Positions 56,616 to 64,000 of a stretch of 64,000 bases of DNA are shown here, in pieces. Origin of the DNA: Macrostomum lignano (Eukaryota); NCBI GenBank assembly GCA_002269645.1, contig NIVC01000510.1, positions 1 through 64,000 of the forward strand. The letters run 5' to 3'. Made by a program: the position numbers and the translations under genes. How positions within the stretch are numbered: the stretch's first letter is position 1; every line of letters begins with the position of its first letter. The notes under the pieces were generated by a model. It was not told where the DNA came from. It saw only the letters and a program-made list of their open reading frames with translations, and did no database searches.

Positions 56616-59600
56616 TACATTCAGCGTAAAAACCGGTTTTTTGGTACAGCGTAAAAACAATTTTGATTCAACGTGTCGGCTGGTTTAAAACCTTCAACGC
56701 GTACATACTTTGGTTTCTATTAACAATTTCAACGTACAGCGATTTTTACGTTTATGTGTTCTGTACGAACTCAGTTTTTATCTTACCGTTTTGGAGTATA
56801 ACCCACCTGTTTAGTCCTCTTTACCTCTTACTCTACTGTGTGATAGAAAATCCGCCGATGTTTAATCATGATCCGTCTTTTTGATCTTTAAAGTGTCTTC
56901 TTTTTGAAGGTCGATGTGCTTCTTTATCCGCGTCTTTTTTTTGAGTGAATATTTTAACCCCTGTTGTCTTTTTTATCGCTGTATATGTAAAAAGGTATGA
57001 TCCTCACTTTGTTTTACAGTTGTCTTTTGATCTTTACATCTGGGTTCCAACTATAATGGATAGACGTCTTGTCACTAATAACATGTGCAATCATTACAAT
57101 TCATTTCAATGACAAGATTTTATGGGTGGTACCACATATCTAACGTCCGTTATCCATGTAGCACGTATAAGTCGTACAGAAACAAGGAAGTTGACTATTA
57201 TATTATATGAGGGAAGAAAAAGTAATAACACAGAAACTAGACTAACGACCTGACTATTCTTTCTATGTGATATCTGTTGATTTGTATTAATCAATAACTT
57301 AGTGTTTCGTATTCGTTATTTGAAACCTTTTAAGGTAATTTGTATCCGGTTTCCGTTGTATCTGTTGTCACATAAATTTAACTTTAATCCTATTGTATAC
57401 CGTGTTTTAATGATGCCGAAAACGGTGTTTTACATACCGAAAATATGGTAGAAATCACTATGTCGAGATATTAAGTTATGAATGTTCATGAAGTGTTAAA
57501 TACAGTGAGTGTCACACTGGTCGTTGTTTTTACACTCTTTATTGGGTCGATCTTTCTTTTTTGTGTCATCGATGAATTTACTTCTTTTTCACTTTTTGTA
57601 AGTGATATCGTTAAAACGGTTACGAATAAATAACAGACTTATCTTTAAGAACAAAATTAAGTAAGGTCGATTAAGTTCGTCGTGTAAAAGTAAAATTTAG
57701 TTATAGTAGTAGTTAGTATGTAACATCCCTATCTAACTCTGCCATAATGGGATAAACAGATCCGATCACCGGAAGGAACGATAACGGTCAAGGAAAGGTG
57801 GGTTCATCTTTTATATTTTTGTGTTCTTTTTCGATTTAACCCGACAAATAAATTCAAATTGTGTCTTTTTTCTACTGAAGAATTTTTTGTGTTATTGTGT
57901 CGATAAAATTTTTTCGTGTCTTTTTGTGTTTATTGTGTCGTCACCAGTGTAACCAGTGAGTAATGTATAAAGAAATGGATTATTGTTGAGTTACGTCAGA
58001 ACGTTTAATGAATGAGTATTTTTTAGGTTCAGGGGAAAGGCTTGAGTCATAAAGTAGACCTGAAGAAGGTAAAACACGTAACCAGAAATAGACCGAAAAC
58101 CACCCAGTTACCTGTCCTACATTTTGGCCTGTTTTAAGGCCTGGTTCTATACGAAAGAAGGTCAAAAGTAGACCAAAAGTTAGACCGACTAACAATCTCA
58201 AATTAGCTGTTCAGTTGCCTAGTTTTTGACCTACTTTTCTCAGTGTTTCTCTTGAGAAAGTAGGCCGAAATGAGGCCTAAAACCGGGTCAAAAACCAGGT
58301 CTTTGTTTTTGACCTAGTTTTGGCCTAGTTGTAGAAAAACCAGGCTTTTGTGGGGGGATTTTGCCCAATTTGGCCTGCTCCGGTCTACTTTTGGTCTAAT
58401 GCTGTCGGTCCGCCCGTAAATATTAAGTTAAAAACAAGTCCATACGTGGAACGTACTAGATCTGATACAATATACTCAACTATTAAAAAATACACTATCC
58501 TCCGTTTCTTTCTTAAAAACATGTTTTAGGTTCTACGTAAGACATACATAACGTTTTTTGAACGTACGTATAAAAACTATTTGAACACATATGTATAATC
58601 TGTTTGAACACGTGAACTCAGTAACGATTTTTGAACTTCATACTAAAGTAAAATTTTCCAACATATAATGTGAACATGGTTACGACCCTAACCAACCCTG
58701 TTTAGTTTGAACCAGGTTACACGATAGAATTGTTAGAGATATACGGTTCGATATATGGTTTTTCCGTGTAATCCGGGAAAACATGTGGTTCAACATACGG
58801 TTACCACATGAGGTCCAGAAAACATACAACCTTAAAGACCGTATATATATTTGATAGATTTGAGACCGTGAACATTGTACATTTTGTCTAAAATAACGTA
58901 CATTTTCGTTAACCGAAACCCGTTTTTATATAAAATAACAGTTTTACTGTTTGGTATTTTCCAGGAAATAACAATGTTGAAATTCTTCAGAAATTCATAA
59001 CGTTATATTCTTTATAAACGTGTACAATTACATATTTGTAAGAAATTTTTTCATGTGTTAAAATTCAAGATTTAATCGGTACGTTTCTAAGATAGGATCT
59101 GGTTTTAATGAAATATCTTATATAAATATCTGTATTATTTTTAGTGTTCCGCAGTAGCCATAGCTACGGGATCCTATGGCAATTACGGTAAAATAGGTGC
59201 CTACAGCAGCTACAGATACGCCTACAGTAGCTAGCTGCTCTTATGGCTACAAATACGGAAATATGGTAGTTGTTGTCAGATTCTGTAGATTGCCATAGCC
59301 ATAGTTACTGTTTAAAAATTGAAAAAATATTAGAAACAGGTAGAATAAAACAAATATACTTTTAGTAAACTGTATTATCAACTTTGAAACTTTTAAAATA
59401 TACCTAATAAAGTACAAACAAACACTAGCAAATTCTATTTTTTTATGTGAAAAAGTTCAGCATTAGTACTTTCATTAACAATTTAGTATTGTCGCTCTGA
59501 AAAATAGATAAAATATAATCTTACGAAGTCAATCAAGTGTTTCTTTTATTTTGTAACTTAATTTGCAGTTTTTTAAGCACTAGGTTATCTTATTGATTCA

Positions 59601-60767
59601 AAATATTTTGTTTTCTAGACTTTTTGTTAAAACTATGGCTATGGGAACTATTGGAATATGGTAATATTGGGGTCCCTATGGCTATGGAATATGGAGAATT
59701 GGAATAAGCCATAGTTTTGCTTATGGCTACAGCTATGGTACATGGACCCTCCTTACAGCAAAACACTAACTATTTTGTTAAGATTATGTTTTGTATAGAT
59801 CTACAATTGTCAAAATATTAATAGGTGTATATATAGTTTAGGTGATTATTTTTGGAAAATATTCAAACTATCATATTGTTTTTGTATAAGATCATTTTGA
59901 ATTTGTTGCAGAATATTTAGACAAACATATAGGATCCTCATAAGATGCCTATCAAGGAAAGTGTAGAAATATTCATCAAATTTTAAGACACAAATATTAA
60001 ACAAAGATAGCAAATCTAGTAAGTAAACTAATGAAATTAAATGAAAGAACACTGCCACATTTTTGCAGCCAATGTATAAACTATACCAGATACCTTTTTC
60101 CCACACTAGTGCACTAGATTGCACATAGTATTAAGGGCAATCCATATCAGATGCTATCCACAATAATGGCAAAACTAAAACTGGAAATAAAGCATATGCA
60201 ATAAAAGATTAAAAGCTAGTCAACTAGTCAATTGCACCATTTGACATAAAAACTAGTTTTTTATTGCTATATTGTTATTAAAATTAATAAACTGGAATAA
60301 TGCATAGTAGCATATTCACTAAATTATATAGAACACCTTAACTTGGTCACATAAAATATGCAGCATGATTCCATTTAAAAATGCTACATCTTACACTTGT
60401 TTAATTTAAAAGCAAAGCCCCAGACTACTACATAAAGATTAAAGAAAGAATTAAAATAAGAAACTGCTTCTAGGTATTCAGGAAAATTTCATTTAGAAGC
60501 ATGCAACCCCCTAATTTACACTGGATGTGCAACTTACTTTTTGACTTTTTTGATGTTTGTTAAAAATGTTTGTAATGAAATTCTTTATTTATGCTGTTTC
60601 ATAAATCTCATTAATGATGATAATTTTGAATCTTGCCCTAAAAACCATGTGGGCTTTCAGCTACTAGATGGACTGACAAAATTATGATAACTCTATGATT
60701 TTGCACCGCTTTAAATTATGGTTCTTGGTAATTAACATGGCCCCATCACTTTACTAAAATATTTTAG

Positions 60768-63700
60768 GTGAACTTCACTGTTAATCAAATCCGTGGCATG
60801 ATGGACAACAAGCGGAACATCCGCAACATGTCTGTCATTGCTCACGTGGACCACGGCAAGTCGACCCTGACCGACTCTCTTCTCTCCAAGGCTGGCATTA
60901 TCGCCTCGGCCAGAGCTGGCGAGACCAGGTTCACCGACACGCGCAAGGACGAGCAGGAGCGCTGCATTACCATCAAGTCTACGGCTGTTAGCATGTACTA
61001 CGAGCTGACTGAGGCCGATGTGAAGTTTGTCAAGACCCTGCAGGAGGTGTCCAAGCGCAGCGATGGAACGGACGAGTCCGGCTTTCTGATCAACCTGATC
61101 GACTCGCCTGGCCACGTGGACTTCAGCTCTGAGGTAAGTTGTTGTCAGGTGACCTTTTGGACAACAAATAGAGGAGAGTCTCCTGTACACAAAGCCACTA
61201 TTCGACTAATTTGTACAAGTAAATGACCTTATTTGAACTCTTAGTTCAACACAATTACCTGCACATAGGTGTTGTAGCCTAGTGTTCAAAGCGTCGGACT
61301 CACGACTTAAAGGTCGGGGGTTCGATTCCCGTTTCCACTGGAAACAATTTGTGTCCTTGAGCAAGACACTTAACTCTGCATTGCTTCAGTTCACCCAGCT
61401 GAAAAATTATTAATTATTATTGTTACCTGCACATGATGACCTTATACTGCCCCAGGCTGAAAAATATTTTTATTGAGGATTCAGTTCTCTGATGCAGGTG
61501 AAGTTTTCTGTTTTTTTTGCGGTAGTCTTGAAGAGAATATTGTTTTAGTAATCGGCTATTATTATTGCCTAATTATGACGAACAGGTGACCGCCGCTCTG
61601 CGCGTCACCGACGGCGCCCTTGTCGTCGTGGACTGCAACTCTGGCGTGTGCGTGCAGACGGAGACGGTGCTTCGGCAGGCCATCGCCGAGCGCATCAAGC
61701 CGGTGCTGTTCATGAACAAGATGGACTGCTCGCTGCTGACGCTCAAGAAGGGCAAGGAGGATCTGTACCAGCAGTTCCAGCGAGTCGTTGAGAACATCAA
61801 CGTGATCATCGCCCAGTTCGGCGAGGAGGGCGGCCCGATGGGCAACATCTTCGTGTCGCCGGAGAAGGGCACCGTCGGCTTCGGCTCGGGCCTGCACGCT
61901 TGGGCCTTCACGCTGAAGCAGTTCGCCGAGATCTACGCCTCCAAGTTCAAGATCGAGCCGGAGAAGCTGATGAAGCGTCTGTGGGGCGACAACTTCTACA
62001 ACACTGAGACGAGGAAATGGGTGAAGACTCAGGAGAGCGACAAGTGCGTTCGCGGCTTCATCCAGTTTGTGCTGAACCCAATCTACCAGGTAAGATATTG
62101 ATGCGTTTTTTTAGTCGCCTGTTGGTTTATCAGCTCATGCGTGATGACCTTATACTGCCCCAGGCTAATGCAATCAATTAAATGCTGCAATTGATGATTC
62201 AGTTTGTCTGACCAGAGCTGTAAACCAGTCAGCGCTTTTATCTATAACATCTAAAAAGTATTTTTTACCTGCACATGATGACCTTATACTGCCCCAGGCT
62301 GAAAATATCTTATTGAGGATTCAGTTCTCTGATGCAGGTGGAAGACTTTTGTTTTTATTGTCACATTTATTTCTCAGCATTGTCCTTGCTATATACTGTA
62401 CCATCGATTGTACATTCACCGATTCATTCTACAGATGTTTGACGTTGTGATGGACCAGCCGATCGAGGAGGGCCTGAAGCTTGCCGAAAAGCTCAACATC
62501 AAGCTGGACGCTGAGGAGCGCGAGCTGACCGGCAAACAGCTGCTTAAAGTGATGATGCGCAAGTGGCTCCCAGCTGGCGACACTCTGCTGCAGATGATTG
62601 CCATCCACCTGCCGTCTCCCGTGACCTCCCAGCGCTACCGCATGGAGCTGCTGTACGAGGGACCCCACGATGACGAGGCCGCCATCGGCATCAAGACCTG
62701 CGATCCGAAAGCGCCGCTCATGATGTACATCTCGAAGATGGTGCCGACCTCCGACAAGGGTCGATTCTACGCCTTCGGTCGGGTGTTCTCCGGAGTTGTG
62801 AGCGCCACCAAGGTGCGAATCATGGGCCCCAACTTCGCGCCGGGCAAGAAAGACGACCTGTTTGAGAAGAGCATCCAGCGCACCATCCTCATGATGGGCC
62901 GCTACACCGAGCCTATCGAGGACGTGCCGTGTGGCAACATCTGCGGCCTGGTTGGCGTCGACCAGTTCCTGGTGAAGACCGGCACCATCACCACCTACGC
63001 CGCTGCGCACAACATGCGCGTCATGAAGTTCAGCGTGTCGCCTGTCGTTCGCGTCGCCGTTGACTGCAAGAATCCGTCCGACCTGCCGAAGCTGGTCGAG
63101 GGTCTGAAGCGCCTGGCCAAGTCCGACCCCATGGTGCAGATCTACAATGAGGAGTCTGGCGAGCACATCATCGCTGGAGCCGGCGAGCTGCATCTGGAGA
63201 TCTGTCTGAAGGATCTGGAGGAGGATCACGCCCAGATCCCCATTAAGACTGGCGATCCCGTGGTGTCGTACCGCGAGACTGTTACCAACGAGAGCAACCA
63301 GGTTTGTTATTTACTTTGCTAGAGTCAGAGAGGCTGCGTGCATCCTGGCGCACTTTAAGTGGCATTGTCGGGCAAACCGGCGAGAGGCATTACTGTCCAT
63401 TATCGCTTGGCATGTACACTTCAGTGTGCTTTTGTGGTTAGCCCTTAAAACGACGTTAATTGCTCAAGCAGACCCAGGTGTGTTATCCTTTAATTAGCAA
63501 TAGGAGTTTCCCTAGCACCAGAGTCCTCAGACTAGAAGCCTGTCTTCACCGTCTGACAATGAGATCAGAGACCAGTAACCTAGAAAGGCACAGTGCATAG
63601 AGTACTATTTGGCCAATTTCACAATCCGGTTGTTGATACTGAATTACAATATTACACTGCAGACGGTGCTGTCCAAGTCGCCCAACAAGCACAACCGGCT

Positions 63701-64000
63701 GTACATGAAGGCTCGTCCGCTAGACGAGGATCTTTCCAAAGACATCGACGATGGCAAAATCGCGCCTAGGCAGGACGCCAAAGAGCGCGGCCGCATCCTT
63801 GCCGACACCTACAACTGGGACGTGACCGAGGCTCGCAAGATCTGGTGCTTTGGCCCGGACACCAACGGCGCTAACCTGGTTGTCGACGTCACCAAGGGTG
63901 TACAGTACCTGGCCGAGATCAAGGACAGCGTTGTGGCCGCATTTCAGTGGGCCACCAAGGAGGGCGTCATGTGCGACGAAAACATGCGCGGCTGTCGCTT
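60768..64000 (+). CDS. EEF2: Eukaryotic translation elongation factor 2; exons 60768-61133, 61586-62089, 62435-63301, 63663-window end (incomplete)
   Basis: [82 protein letters not shown]; all junctions phase 0 and GT-AG. Confidence 0.98.
61269..61405 (+). mobile_element. 3'-truncated SINE family A in an eEF2 intron
   Basis: GTTGTAGCCTAGTG...GGTTCGATTCCC...GTGTCCTTGAGCAAGACACTTAAC, ends at CACCCAGCTG. Confidence 0.85.
61425..61499 (+). ncRNA. SNORD31: Box C/D snoRNA, SNORD31/snR67-like, copy 1
   Basis: ACCTGCA/TGCAGGT stem, C box ATGATGA 61433, D' CTGA 61457, C' TGAGGA, D CTGA 61489. Guide ATACTGCCCCAG is complementary to conserved LSU CUGGGGCGGUA. Confidence 0.8.
62131..62220 (+). ncRNA. 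SNORD31: Box C/D snoRNA, SNORD31-like, diverged copy 2
   Basis: CAGCTC/GAGCTG stem, C GTGATGA 62141, same guide, D' CTAA, C' TGATGA, D CTGA 62208. Confidence 0.72.
62267..62339 (+). ncRNA. SNORD31: Box C/D snoRNA, SNORD31-like, copy 3
   Basis: Nearly identical to copy 1 including the terminal stem. Confidence 0.8.
63330..63480 (-). mobile_element. Family B SINE fragment in an eEF2 intron
   Basis: GCGTGCA..GGCGCACTT..AACCGGCGAGAGGCATTACTG..GCATGTACACTTCA matches 27745-27930. Confidence 0.7.

Larger units (their letters stand above)
51560..59750. other. ~8.2-kb block whose bases are complemented in place (equivalently, an inversion that was reversed but not complemented)
   Basis: Genes, splice sites and a SINE are legible only by reading the given strand backwards or its plain complement; edges approximate. 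Confidence 0.9.

Noticed and set aside
52090-58201. ORF-track entries inside the mirror block
   Set aside because: Computed on complemented text, so they have no biological meaning.
51560-59750. Ordinary biological inversion or horizontally acquired DNA
   Set aside because: A true inversion stays readable on the opposite strand; here exons appear only in reversed or complemented text and splice to flanking host exons.
60732-63229. Antisense ORFs over eEF2 (152, 111, 112, 266 aa)
   Set aside because: Shadow ORFs from strong codon bias of the sense gene.
61586-63301. eEF2 as a divergent paralogue (DCNSG, MDCSLL, SATKV)
   Set aside because: The substitutions are few and all core motifs are intact; cannot be judged without a phylogeny.

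Overview
Eukaryotic (metazoan) genomic DNA, not prokaryotic. GC-rich, poly-Ala/Gln exons separated by introns packed with intron-specific mini/microsatellites suggest a Macrostomum-type flatworm (inference only). Spliced genes recovered by reading splice sites: CCDC43-like (-), mitochondrial ABC transporter ABCB7/ATM1 (-), an uncharacterised Ala/Pro/Gln-rich protein (-), an intronless secreted PAN + C-type lectin (-), a beta-1,4-galactosyltransferase (+), DENND3-like (-) and eEF2 (+, runs off the window end) hosting three SNORD31/snR67-like box C/D snoRNAs. Mobile DNA: two tRNA-derived SINE families, an intact 698-bp hAT-type MITE, two 39-55 bp micro-elements with 8-bp TSDs, a nested foldback element, a Ty3/gypsy integrase relic and a Crypton/DUF3504-like fragment. 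Main anomaly: about 51,560-59,750 (~8.2 kb) is base-complemented in place rather than reverse-complemented. Read backwards, it yields the missing first two DENND3 exons with correct splice phases. Its plain complement yields a candidate ATG-only first exon of eEF2. No known biological mechanism produces this, so it is most likely an assembly or data-processing artefact. Most long ORFs in the supplied track are microsatellite read-through.
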